A stretch of DNA of 54,605 bases from the sequence record SRR16203515_1384, one strand, 5' to 3'. The position numbers were made by a program, and so were the translations under genes. Shown piece after piece: positions 22,145-30,920 of the stretch. The first letter of the stretch is position 1. Every line of letters starts with the position of its first letter. The notes under the pieces were generated by a model that was not told the origin of the DNA, ran no database searches, and worked only from the letters and a program-made list of their open reading frames with translations.

Positions 22145-23032
22145 ATGATTTTCAGATTTCTAATCCTGTCCAGCCTGATCTGGCTATCTGCCTGTTCAAA
22201 TTATGATCCTGAATTGGTGGCCCGTCTAAGTACGAAAGAAGCCAAACATTTGTTTGGCGCCGTAGAACGCGGATCAGAACAGCGACCCGCCCCCCACGGC
22301 AGTTACGCCAAAGGATGCGTTGCAGGGGCGGAACAACTGGCGGAAACTGGTCCAGCGTGGCAGGCGATGCGATTGTCGCGCAATCGCAACTGGGGACATC
22401 CAATCGCGATTGATTTCATCCATGACCTTTCTGCCAAGGCGGCACGGCAATCAGGATGGAACGGTTTGTACATTGGCGATATCTCACAACCGCGTGGTGG
22501 TCCGATGTTAACGGGTCATGCAAGCCATCAAATTGGGTTGGATATCGATATCTGGATGCGCCCGGCCAATAATATGTCACTAAGCACGAAACAACGCGAA
22601 GAGATATCATCCATTTCAATGCGCCGAGCGAATGGTGCCTATGTTAACGATAAGTGGACCAAACAACACCACAACATCATCAAAGCCGCCGCATCTGATC
22701 CACGCACAGCCCGCATCTTTGTTTTCCCAGGGGCCAAGGTTCAAATGTGCAAAGATGAAAAAGGCGATCGGGCATGGTTGAATAAGGTGCGTCCGTGGTG
22801 GGGACACCATTATCATTTTCATGTACGCCTATCCTGTCCAGCGGGTGCAACAAATTGTAAAAATCAGGCACCACCACCCCCAGGCGATGGTTGCAAGGAC
22901 GCAGAGCGTTGGGTCCGCGATATTTTGAACCCGCCGCCCCCAAATCCAAACGCACCAAAACGGAAACCAAAGCCGCCCCTGACATTGGCGCGACTTCCAC
23001 AGCAATGTGTTGGTGTTTTGCAGTCGAACTAA
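22145..23032 (+). CDS. mepA: Penicillin-insensitive murein endopeptidase
   Basis: SRNRNWGHP, IGDISQPRGG, GHASHQIGLDID, HHYHFHVRL; lipobox-like LSAC. Confidence 0.92.
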   Translation: MIFRFLILSSLIWLSACSNYDPELVARLSTKEAKHLFGAVERGSEQRPAPHGSYAKGCVAGAEQLAETGPAWQAMRLSRNRNWGHPIAIDFIHDLSAKAARQSGWNGLYIGDISQPRGGPMLTGHASHQIGLDIDIWMRPANNMSLSTKQREEISSISMRRANGAYVNDKWTKQHHNIIKAAASDPRTARIFVFPGAKVQMCKDEKGDRAWLNKVRPWWGHHYHFHVRLSCPAGATNCKNQAPPPPGDGCKDAERWVRDILNPPPPNPNAPKRKPKPPLTLARLPQQCVGVLQSN

Positions 23033-23089
23033 GCGGGCTTGTCATTTTATCCAAGTGACTTTAAACGCGTCTCGTTTCCGAATGGGAAC

Positions 23090-23120
23090 CGAGTCTCCGA
23101 ACACCTTCGATAAAAACGGA
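23090..23120 (+). promoter_or_regulatory. Candidate preQ1-I-like riboswitch aptamer
   Basis: CGAG-UCUCCGAACAC-CUUCG-AUAAAAA-CGGA: loop UCCG can pair with tail CGGA, which holds the SD 7 nt before the ATG of a queuosine-precursor transporter. P1 is imperfect. Confidence 0.5.
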
Positions 23121-23127
23121 TAATGCT

Positions 23128-23781
23128 ATGACAAAACTTCTTCCTGGCGTGATCGCCATGGCCATGATTGTGGTCGCCTCAAATATCCTTGTTCAATTTT
23201 TGCTATTGGATGGTCTTCTTACATGGGGGGCGTTTACCTATCCATTTGCCTTTTTGGTCACCGACCTGATGAACCGCGTTTACGGGCCAGCTGCAGCGCG
23301 TCGTGTTGTATTTGTCGGCTTTGTAACGGGTATCATTTGTTCCTTGATAGGTAGCCAAATCATGTTTGACAGCGAATACGGCCCCTATCCTGCCGTCGCG
23401 TTTCGCGTTGCAATTGGATCAGGGATTGCATTCCTGACCGCGCAACTGGTGGACGTTGCCATCTTTGACCGTTTGCGTAGTGGTGCCTGGTGGCGTGCTC
23501 CATTGGCATCAACTGTGATTGGATCTGCGCTGGACACCGCGATATTTTTTACAATCGCATTTTCAGCATCCGTTTCAGTTTTCAGCGAAGCGCAAAATGC
23601 AGAAATCAGCTGGGCATGGGATAGCGCGCCATTGTTGTTGTTTGGTGGCGATGCACCCCTATGGGTATCATTGGCGATTGCCGATTGGGGCGTGAAACTG
23701 TTGCTGGCATTGATTGCATTGGTGCCGTTCCGTATCTTGGTCGCACGTTTGCAAGCGAATACAACATCTGTTGCGAACTAA
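23128..23781 (+). CDS. Queuosine precursor transporter (YhhQ/VUT family)
   Basis: VVASNILVQ, LTWGAFTYPFAFLVTDL.NR.YG, AQLVDVAIFDRLR, S.LDTAIFF.IAF. Confidence 0.92.
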   Translation: MTKLLPGVIAMAMIVVASNILVQFLLLDGLLTWGAFTYPFAFLVTDLMNRVYGPAAARRVVFVGFVTGIICSLIGSQIMFDSEYGPYPAVAFRVAIGSGIAFLTAQLVDVAIFDRLRSGAWWRAPLASTVIGSALDTAIFFTIAFSASVSVFSEAQNAEISWAWDSAPLLLFGGDAPLWVSLAIADWGVKLLLALIALVPFRILVARLQANTTSVAN

Positions 23782-23851
23782 AACATTTTGACTTTTCTAG
23801 AAACTGTGGCACCATCACTAGTAGTGAAACATAGTGAAAGGAGGTGGTCCA

Positions 23852-23908
23852 GTGTCTAGAGAGGTATTGGAGAGAGGTGTCGGAACAGTTTGGGAGGTCC
23901 TTGACTAA
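23852..23908 (+). CDS. Putative 18-aa peptide MSREVLERGVGTVWEVLD
   Basis: GTG start 7 nt after AGGAGG, within an exceptionally long SD; TAA at 23906-08. Confidence 0.4.
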   Translation: MSREVLERGVGTVWEVLD

Positions 23909-23973
23909 GGCAACCCTTGGTCATTGACCAAACGAATTGGTGAAGCCTAACCGGCCCACCTCCGAAATTCTCG

Positions 23974-23998
23974 AGGGTCGTCCGCAACGGGCGACCCT
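23974..23998 (+). terminator. Hairpin closing the small RNA, 14 nt upstream of arfB
   Basis: AGGGTCGTCCG-CAA-CGGGCGACCCT (11 bp, one G-U); weak U-tract. Confidence 0.55.
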
Positions 23999-24012
23999 TA
24001 TCAGTTAGCGAC

Positions 24013-24429
24013 ATGATAACGATAAACGATAAAATCAGCATTCAAGATTGGGAAATCACCGAACAGTTCGTGCGCGCGTCAGGTCCGGGCGGACAGAACG
24101 TAAACAAGGTGTCGACAAAAGTGTCCCTGCGCTTTGAGGCGGACCGTTCCCCGAATTTGAGTGCCGCAGTGAAGGCCCGATTAAAGAAAATCGCTGGCAC
24201 CAAATGGACAACGGACGGCGCAATCATTCTCCAATGTGATGAAACACGCAGTCAAATCCGCAACCGCGAGATTGCGCAAGATCGACTAAAGGATTTGATC
24301 AAGAAAGCCCTGGTGGTTCCCAAACGGCGCCGCCCAACAAAACCAAGTCGTGGAGCAATAGAACGCCGGTTAAAGTCCAAGAAAATAAGGGCAGAGGTGA
24401 AATCACTGCGTTCTGGGAAAATTGAATGA
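24013..24429 (+). CDS. arfB: Alternative ribosome rescue peptidyl-tRNA hydrolase
   Basis: RASGPGGQNVNKV, RSQIRNRE, basic tail PKRRRPTKPS...RRLKSKK. Confidence 0.95.
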   Translation: MITINDKISIQDWEITEQFVRASGPGGQNVNKVSTKVSLRFEADRSPNLSAAVKARLKKIAGTKWTTDGAIILQCDETRSQIRNREIAQDRLKDLIKKALVVPKRRRPTKPSRGAIERRLKSKKIRAEVKSLRSGKIE

Positions 24430-24896
24430 AGGGGTTTCAAATGCTGGTTAGGGTCGCAGTCGTAATTTCGCTTTTATGTTCTGTCGCCTCTGCGCAAGAA
24501 GCGGGGCAAAAAGCACGGTCTGCTTATCAACATTTTTATTGTCACCATACAATCCCACTCATGGCTGATGCAGATGGTGCAAAACTATTAGAGCAACATG
24601 AAAAGCATGTTTGGGCCGGCATAAGAGAAGCCCGCAAAATGATGACCGAGATCGAAAAGTTCAAAGACGCAAACCAAAAAGATTGGTTGGAACATGCACC
24701 CAAAAATTGGGGATATTATCTGAACGCGGGTCCAAGTGAGGATTTTGTAATTGGGATGCTTTATGAACAAGTAAGAGGTGTCGTAGAACGAGAAATCCTT
24801 CAGGAAGAAGGTGGCCGCTATATATCGAATACGGCGCTTTACCAGGAAAATGCCCGAGCAAGCTATGACGAAAATGGGTGCAAGAATCTGAAATGA
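24426..24896 (+). CDS. Hypothetical exported protein
   Basis: Signal peptide ending ASA-QE; ATGA overlaps on both sides. Confidence 0.7.
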   Translation: MKGFQMLVRVAVVISLLCSVASAQEAGQKARSAYQHFYCHHTIPLMADADGAKLLEQHEKHVWAGIREARKMMTEIEKFKDANQKDWLEHAPKNWGYYLNAGPSEDFVIGMLYEQVRGVVEREILQEEGGRYISNTALYQENARASYDENGCKNLK

Positions 24897-25519
24897 CAGG
24901 ACAAGGATTGGATCACTACCAAAAATTGGACGTTAATAAGCAGGACAATGATGATGCCCTGCGCGTGGTTTATGATGAATGGGCCAAGGAATACGATCAC
25001 GACAACGACGCAACGCTGGGCACAATATCCCAGCCAAAGACCGTTGAAATTCTCTCTTCGGTTCTTGAAAAACACGCCAAGATCCTTGACGCAGGATGTG
25101 GAACTGGGCTTGTCGGGGCAGAATTAGCAAAACAGGGATATGACGCGTTTGACGGTGTCGATCTATCGGCCGAAATGCTGCGATACGCAAAGAAACGCGG
25201 GTACGCGAACCTATTTCAATATAGTCTTAATGACCCGCTACCAATACCGGATGACGCATATGATGCAATCATAAGTGCCGGCCTATTCACACATGGACAC
25301 GTCAAGACCCATGCTATTCATGAATTTATTAGGATCACAAAATCAGGTGGTTACCTATGTTTTACCATCAATGAGGGCGTTTATTACAGCCAAGGGTTTG
25401 ATAAAGAAATCCAAAGCATCACCAATGATAAGCTGTGGGATATCAAAAAATTGGAAAAAGACGCCTATATGACCAAGGAGCAGGTACAGGCATATTATTG
25501 CCTTGCGCAGGTTCGTTAA
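24893..25519 (+). CDS. Class I SAM-dependent methyltransferase
   Basis: YDEWAKEYD, ILDAGCGTGLVG, GVDLSAEML, GLFTHGHV. Confidence 0.88.
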   Translation: MTGQGLDHYQKLDVNKQDNDDALRVVYDEWAKEYDHDNDATLGTISQPKTVEILSSVLEKHAKILDAGCGTGLVGAELAKQGYDAFDGVDLSAEMLRYAKKRGYANLFQYSLNDPLPIPDDAYDAIISAGLFTHGHVKTHAIHEFIRITKSGGYLCFTINEGVYYSQGFDKEIQSITNDKLWDIKKLEKDAYMTKEQVQAYYCLAQVR

Positions 25520-25522
25520 GTG

Positions 25523-25957
25523 CTATTTAGCGTGCGTTTTTACCAACATCTCGATCTGTTGTGCAGGCATTGCGCCTGATTTACGAAACACCTCTTTTCC
25601 ATCACGATAACCGATCAATGTCGGGATACCGCGAATGCCCAATTTCGTTGCAACGGTTTGATATTGCTCAGTGTTCAGTTTGGTCAATCGCGCCTTACCC
25701 GATAATTTTGATGCAGCCTTTTCAAACTCTGGCGCCATCGTTTTGCATGGCCCACACCAAGGTGCCCAAAAATCAATGACAAGCAAAGCGTCATCAAGGT
25801 TCTTTGCCTTTTCAAAAATCTTCGGCGACAATTCAGACACCTTGGATGGCATCAAACCTGCGCCACAACTGGCACATTTTGGGCCCTGATACATCTTATC
25901 GTTGGGAACACGGTTCCCCTGTCCACACTTCAGGCATGCAAGTTTGATATAATCCAT
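25523..25957 (-). CDS. trxC: Thioredoxin 2 (zinc-binding TrxC type)
   Basis: N-terminal CLKC..NRVP..CASC and WCGPC active site. Confidence 0.9.
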   Translation of the reverse strand: MDYIKLACLKCGQGNRVPNDKMYQGPKCASCGAGLMPSKVSELSPKIFEKAKNLDDALLVIDFWAPWCGPCKTMAPEFEKAASKLSGKARLTKLNTEQYQTVATKLGIRGIPTLIGYRDGKEVFRKSGAMPAQQIEMLVKTHAK

Positions 25958-26022
25958 ACGCGTTGTCCCAGATACACTATGCGCATATCCATAGGGTGTT
26001 TCCCGCGAGCTTACAAACTTGT

Positions 26023-26637
26023 TTAATTCAGTGGTGCAGCTTCTTGGTCGGCAGCACCGTTCATCATTGGCGCTAACTGAGATACGGCAGATTGATCAGG
26101 ACGCATCGTCGCGACCAATTCGGCAACTTTTATCCCAAATTTGCGCATTTCGGATCTGTTCAAAATCGCTCCGTTTTCAGCCAAGTGCAGCCAATCCGTA
26201 ACATCCAATGTATGCCCACCAGAATCCTTGGGCAGGACAATGCGATATTTTAATTGAATTGAAGATCCCGCAACTTCACCTTGTGCGGTTCCGATGATGT
26301 CATCTGCAGTTGCGGTAAAAGTATTGCCGGGGCCCTTTTCCAGAAACCATTTTCTTTCCTGAGTTTTCCCATTTGAATACGAAAAGCTCTCGGAAAGGAT
26401 TCCACTGTCTCCGTCCCACGTCCCCATCATGTTGGCGACAAAAGTCACGCCCACCTTACCGTCTGGACCATAGATTAGGCCTTCGGACAAGATGGGGCCA
26501 TTCAAATGTTTATCCAACACAAATAATGGACCAGTTTGCGAATAGTCCTTGGGTAACTGTGAAGAAAAGCTAAAAAAGCGCGATTTCACACCGATCGCGG
26601 CAAGCAAAATGACCAATAAAATCGTAAGAAATTTCAT
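26023..26637 (-). CDS. DUF3833 family protein
   Basis: E.FSYSNG.TQER.W, TATADDIIG, DWLHL..NG.ILNRS.MRKFGIKVAEL; cfa-cluster context. Confidence 0.82.
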   Translation of the reverse strand: MKFLTILLVILLAAIGVKSRFFSFSSQLPKDYSQTGPLFVLDKHLNGPILSEGLIYGPDGKVGVTFVANMMGTWDGDSGILSESFSYSNGKTQERKWFLEKGPGNTFTATADDIIGTAQGEVAGSSIQLKYRIVLPKDSGGHTLDVTDWLHLAENGAILNRSEMRKFGIKVAELVATMRPDQSAVSQLAPMMNGAADQEAAPLN

Positions 26638-26708
26638 CGTTACGATACTCCGATTTGACTGTGGCTACAAAGTCGTCTGTTAGGGAAGTAGGCTGATCAA
26701 TATTTTAT

Positions 26709-27875
26709 TCAAGCGCTCTCGGCGTGTGCCAATTCAACTTGAACAACCTGTGTGTGACCCACCGAAAATGCAGCGGCGCAGATATCTAGGTAAAATTTCC
26801 AGTGCCGTAAGAATGGATCATCATACCCCAAACTTTTAATTTTGTTGGTTTTGGCCGCCAAACGTTCGGACCATGTTCGACAGGTCAACGCATAAGATTG
26901 GCCAAATTCAAAGTTGTCTTTTACTGTCAAACCAACGTTCTTGGCCTGTTGCGCAATATGCGCACTGGAAAGCAATAAGCCCCCTGGGAAAACGTGCTGG
27001 CGGATGTAATCTGAACCCTTGGCGTAATAGTCAAAACTATCATCAGGAACGGTGATCGCCTGAACCATTGCACGTCCGCCTTCAGCCAAGTTTTCTTTGA
27101 TCGCGCTAAAATAACTGGGCCAGTAACGCTGGCCAACCGCTTCAATCATTTCGATTGAAACGATATTGTCGAATTTACCTTTCACATCACGATAGTCGCG
27201 CAGTCGAATGTCAGCGCGACCATCTAAACGTGCATCTGCATAGCTGCGCTGTGCTTTTGAAACGGTTATTCCAGTAACGTAGCGCCCTTGATCGGCCGCG
27301 CGTTCTGCAAAACCGCCCCACCCACACCCAATTTCCAAAATACCTTCTTTATCGGTTAGGCGTGACAATGCGCGATCATTTTTGCGATATTGCGTGGCCG
27401 CCAAATCATCACCAGGATCATTATAAATTCCCGATGAATACATCATCGTTTCATCCAGCCACAGTTGGTAAAACTCGTTCCCAACATCATAATGCGCGTA
27501 GATATTCTTTTGCGAACCAGATTTGGAATTCGCACGCACGACACGATCAATGATTTGGTACTTTAACGAATTCAACCACGTCGCGTCGTCGAAATCAGCA
27601 AATGTATCCCGATTTGCCAGACCAACACGAATGATGCTTTCGATTGACGGCGTGTCCCAAAGCCCATGAACATAGGTTTCGCCTAGTCCAATTTGGCCAC
27701 GTGCGGCCATGGCGCTGACCACAGCCCAATCATGAATTTCAAGAACCGCTTCTTCACCTGATGACCCAAAACGATGCGTTTCGCCCTCGGGTGTTTTGAT
27801 TACGACAATGCCAGAAGTGACGCCCTCACACGCTGACAGGAACCGAGACTTCAGCGCGTTGTCCGTGAATTTCAT
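26709..27875 (-). CDS. Cyclopropane/unsaturated fatty acyl phospholipid methyltransferase (CfaS/UfaM-like)
   Basis: NIYAHYDVGNEFY, LEIGCGWGGF, VSIEMIEAVG, YIRQHVFPGG, W.FYL..C.A.F. Confidence 0.9.
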   Translation of the reverse strand: MKFTDNALKSRFLSACEGVTSGIVVIKTPEGETHRFGSSGEEAVLEIHDWAVVSAMAARGQIGLGETYVHGLWDTPSIESIIRVGLANRDTFADFDDATWLNSLKYQIIDRVVRANSKSGSQKNIYAHYDVGNEFYQLWLDETMMYSSGIYNDPGDDLAATQYRKNDRALSRLTDKEGILEIGCGWGGFAERAADQGRYVTGITVSKAQRSYADARLDGRADIRLRDYRDVKGKFDNIVSIEMIEAVGQRYWPSYFSAIKENLAEGGRAMVQAITVPDDSFDYYAKGSDYIRQHVFPGGLLLSSAHIAQQAKNVGLTVKDNFEFGQSYALTCRTWSERLAAKTNKIKSLGYDDPFLRHWKFYLDICAAAFSVGHTQVVQVELAHAESA

Positions 27876-29154
27876 GGCGATCACCTTTCAATAGTTCTGG
27901 CGCATTTATCGCGCGGATGACTCTCATGGCGCTTGCAATACCGTCCTCATGGAAACCATGGCGGTTGTATGCGCCGGCAAACCATGTACGATTTGCACCT
28001 TGCATATTCTTAATCATAGTTTGCGCACGAATTGCTGCTGCGTCAAACAATGGATGCGCAAACTGCACATCATCATAGATTAACTCATCTGGGATATCGT
28101 CCGTCGGGTTTAATGTAACGAACAATGGATCGCTTTCGGGAATCCCCTGCAGGAGGTTCATCCAATAGGTCACACCAATACTTCCTTGTTGAGAACGATA
28201 AACCCAGCTGGACCAACACGCGCGGCGTTGAGGCATTTGCCGCACGTCCCGATGCAGCACAGCGCGATTTTCTTGATATTGTACGGATCCAAGCGCAGTT
28301 TTTTCATCCTTGGTTGCATCCGAACCCAAAATGCGCAGCGCCTGATCAGAATGGGTGGCAAAAATAATTTCATCAAACCCATCAAAGCTGTGACCGCTGA
28401 TATGCACCGAACTGTCCAGGGGCCCACGCGTCACGCCAAGTACCGGCGCGCCCAACTGAATGGTCGCCCCATTTTTCAAAAGTGCCGCTTCGATACGTGA
28501 CACATATTCACGACTGCCGCCATCAACCGTCTACCAGTCATGCGTTTGACCACCCGCCAACAATCCATGATTTCGAAAAAATTGAACAAGCGATTTTGAC
28601 GGAAACTTATCAATATCTGCGAGGGGCGTTGACCAAATCGCACCACACATGGGCAGCATGTAATATTCCTTGAACCACTTGCCCAAGCGCAACTCATCGA
28701 TAAATTCGCCAATAGACTTATCATCACTGGCGACATCCTCTGCACGAGCACCAAAGCGAAAGATATCGCGGATCATTTTGTAAAACTGCGGACGAAAAAG
28801 GTTGCGTTTTTGAGCCACAAGAGAGCCAATGCCGTTCATTGCGTATTCAAGACGGCCGTTATCAATGGTGGCGGCAAAGCTCATATCGCTTTTCTTGATT
28901 GGCACGTCTAATTCATTGAACAAGCGCGTCAGATATGGATAGGTTGCAAAGTTGAAAACGATAAATCCTGTATCCACGGGCTGATCACCATTGATACCAG
29001 CAACCTTGGTGCGTGCATGACCACCCAGACGATTTTCCGCCTCAAACAGTGTGACATCATGGTGTTTGGACAAATAATACGCACTGGATAACCCTGAAAT
29101 TCCCGCTCCGATGACCGCAATTTTCTTGCGGGAAATATTAGGATTATCAAACAT
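27826..29154 (-). pseudogene. FAD/NAD-binding oxidoreductase (UfaD-like desaturase) interrupted by an in-frame TAG at 28531-28533
   Basis: ORFs 28531-29154 and 27826-28503 are in the same frame: ...GQTHDW*TVDGGSREYVSRIE...; GAGISGL, GGHART, VDTGFIVFN upstream and GFHEDG downstream. Confidence 0.88.
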
Positions 29155-29181
29155 GAGTGCCTCGTTTAGTTTACACTTTCA

Positions 29182-29207
29182 TACGGATATACCTCTGAGG
29201 CAGATCA
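29182..29207 (-). promoter_or_regulatory. sigmaE (RpoE/ChrR-type) promoter for ufaD-ufaM-DUF3833
   Basis: TGATCT-N14-TCCGTA on the minus strand. Confidence 0.7.
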
Positions 29208-29256
29208 ATGTTTTTTGCAATTAAACAATATTAATCATTGAAACCACCCCAAAACA

Positions 29257-29282
29257 TGATCCATTTGCCAAATAATTGCGTA
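29257..29282 (+). promoter_or_regulatory. sigmaE (RpoE/ChrR-type) promoter for DUF1365-SDR
   Basis: TGATCC-N14-TGCGTA, 11 nt before ATG 29294. Confidence 0.7.
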
Positions 29283-29293
29283 AAAAGAATACC

Positions 29294-30049
29294 ATGTTGA
29301 AGATAATTTCAGGTCACACCTACCATGCACGTCGCGGCGAAATCAAAAACGCATTTCGCTATAGTGTCGATTATTTGTTACACGATTTTCAAAAAACTCC
29401 CGGCACTTGGTTGTTTTCGTTCGACCGTTTTAACCTTTGGTCTCTGCGCACGGCTGATCATGGCGGCATGCCCAAATCGGGCAAAGGTGTGAAATGGTTT
29501 GAACAAATCTTGACTGAAAATGGGTTTGACTCTGAAACCTGTGATACATTTTTAATTACAGCGCCACGTTTCCTGTGGTTTGAATTTAATCCTGTTAGCT
29601 TTTGGATCGCCACGCAAAGCGGATCACCTGTTGCGATGGTTGCAGAAGTGAACAGCACCTTTGGTCAGCGACACTGTTATTATTGCGCCAAACCAGACCA
29701 AAGTGTCATCACGCCGACTGACAGTTTGAGGGCACAGAAACTGATGCATGTATCGCCATTTCAAAAAATATCTGGCGAATATACGTTTAACATGGACTTT
29801 ACCCCTGAAAAATTTTCCATGCGGATTGATTATCGTGACGGTCAGCAGGGTGTATTGGCAACACTGGATGGATCGATCACGAACGCCAGTGACACAAGAT
29901 TGGCATACGCCGCCTTTCGCCGACCGTTCGGTGCGATGCGCGTTCTAACACTAATACATTGGCAGGCGATCAAGTTATGGATCAAAGGTGCCCCATTTTT
30001 AGGGCGTCAAGAACCGCCATCAACCTTGGTGTCAAAACGCGATGCGTAG
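29294..30049 (+). CDS. DUF1365 family protein (UfaO-like)
   Basis: H.RRG.IKNAFRY, FNPVSFW, AEVNSTFGQRH.Y, KLMHVSPF, IHWQAIKLW.KG. Confidence 0.9.
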   Translation: MLKIISGHTYHARRGEIKNAFRYSVDYLLHDFQKTPGTWLFSFDRFNLWSLRTADHGGMPKSGKGVKWFEQILTENGFDSETCDTFLITAPRFLWFEFNPVSFWIATQSGSPVAMVAEVNSTFGQRHCYYCAKPDQSVITPTDSLRAQKLMHVSPFQKISGEYTFNMDFTPEKFSMRIDYRDGQQGVLATLDGSITNASDTRLAYAAFRRPFGAMRVLTLIHWQAIKLWIKGAPFLGRQEPPSTLVSKRDA

Positions 30050-30764
30050 TTTCAAGAACAAATCAATCTGGCTGATCGGCGCAAGTGAAGGATTAGGTCG
30101 AGAAGTTGCAAATTTGCTGAACGCAGAAGGTGCAAAACTTCTCCTAAGTGCACGAAATGAAACATCACTACGTGATTTGTGCCATGAAATGCGCGATGCT
30201 ACTCCGCTTCCTTTGGATGTCACGAATGCTGACAGCATCCGCGCGGCCTATAATCAGATCGAAAATTTGGACGTCATGATTTATAATGCAGGCGCGTATG
30301 ATCCCATGCCAACTCAGGATTGGGATACAGACAAAGCGTTGCGCATGATCGATGTGAACCTAAACGGTTGCCTGCGCGCTGTCGGTGAAGTCCTGCCAGA
30401 CATGTTGGCAAATGGATCTGGACATGTAGTTTTGATTGGTTCGCTTTCTGCTTATGGCGGGCTGCCCAAAGCGATCGGTTATGGAGCAAGCAAGGCTGCA
30501 GTCGCCAGCATTGCAGAAACCATGCGACACGATCTGCAGGGCACAGGGATTGATGTTCAATTGATCAACCCTGGTTTCATCAAAACCCGCCTTACTGACA
30601 AAAACGATTTCAAAATGCCCCAATTGCTAACCCCGAGCGAGGCCGCAAAACACGTGATCAAAGGCATGCGAAAAAATAAATTTCGATATGATTTCCCGTG
30701 GCCATTTTCACGTGTCATAAAATTATTCACAAGTTTGCCAGATTTCATCAGATTTCGCACCTGA
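30042..30764 (+). CDS. SDR family oxidoreductase
   Basis: IGASEGLG, YNAG, YGASKAA, NPGFIKT. Confidence 0.92.
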   Translation: MRSFKNKSIWLIGASEGLGREVANLLNAEGAKLLLSARNETSLRDLCHEMRDATPLPLDVTNADSIRAAYNQIENLDVMIYNAGAYDPMPTQDWDTDKALRMIDVNLNGCLRAVGEVLPDMLANGSGHVVLIGSLSAYGGLPKAIGYGASKAAVASIAETMRHDLQGTGIDVQLINPGFIKTRLTDKNDFKMPQLLTPSEAAKHVIKGMRKNKFRYDFPWPFSRVIKLFTSLPDFIRFRT

Positions 30765-30920
30765 TGGTGACAAAAATACACTTGGTGAGCATCAAAACAT
30801 TTCAAGTCACGTGAAATAATTGAAGCAGCGAAGCAAAGACGCTAACCGAGTTTTGCGAAATAAACCATCGAGCAGCTGTACCCACTCCGCCTGTAACGAA
30901 CTACGGAGCGGTGCCGATAG

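Larger units (their letters stand above)
23820..24000 (+). ncRNA. Putative structured small RNA / leader carrying an 18-codon ORF (ends approximate)
   Basis: TTGACT (23788) and CACCAT promoter-like elements upstream; GGAGGTGG (23840-47) pairs with CCACCTCC (23956-63); internal hairpin 23902-23923; 3' hairpin 23974-23998. Confidence 0.6.

Noticed and set aside
23852-23908. Type I toxin-antitoxin locus
   Set aside because: The sequestered SD fits, but the peptide is short and acidic with no transmembrane helix, and no antisense unit was evident.
27826-27875. 50-nt same-strand overlap of the ufaD-like and cfa-like genes
   Set aside because: Most simply a drifted stop codon over the downstream SD; nothing indicates function.
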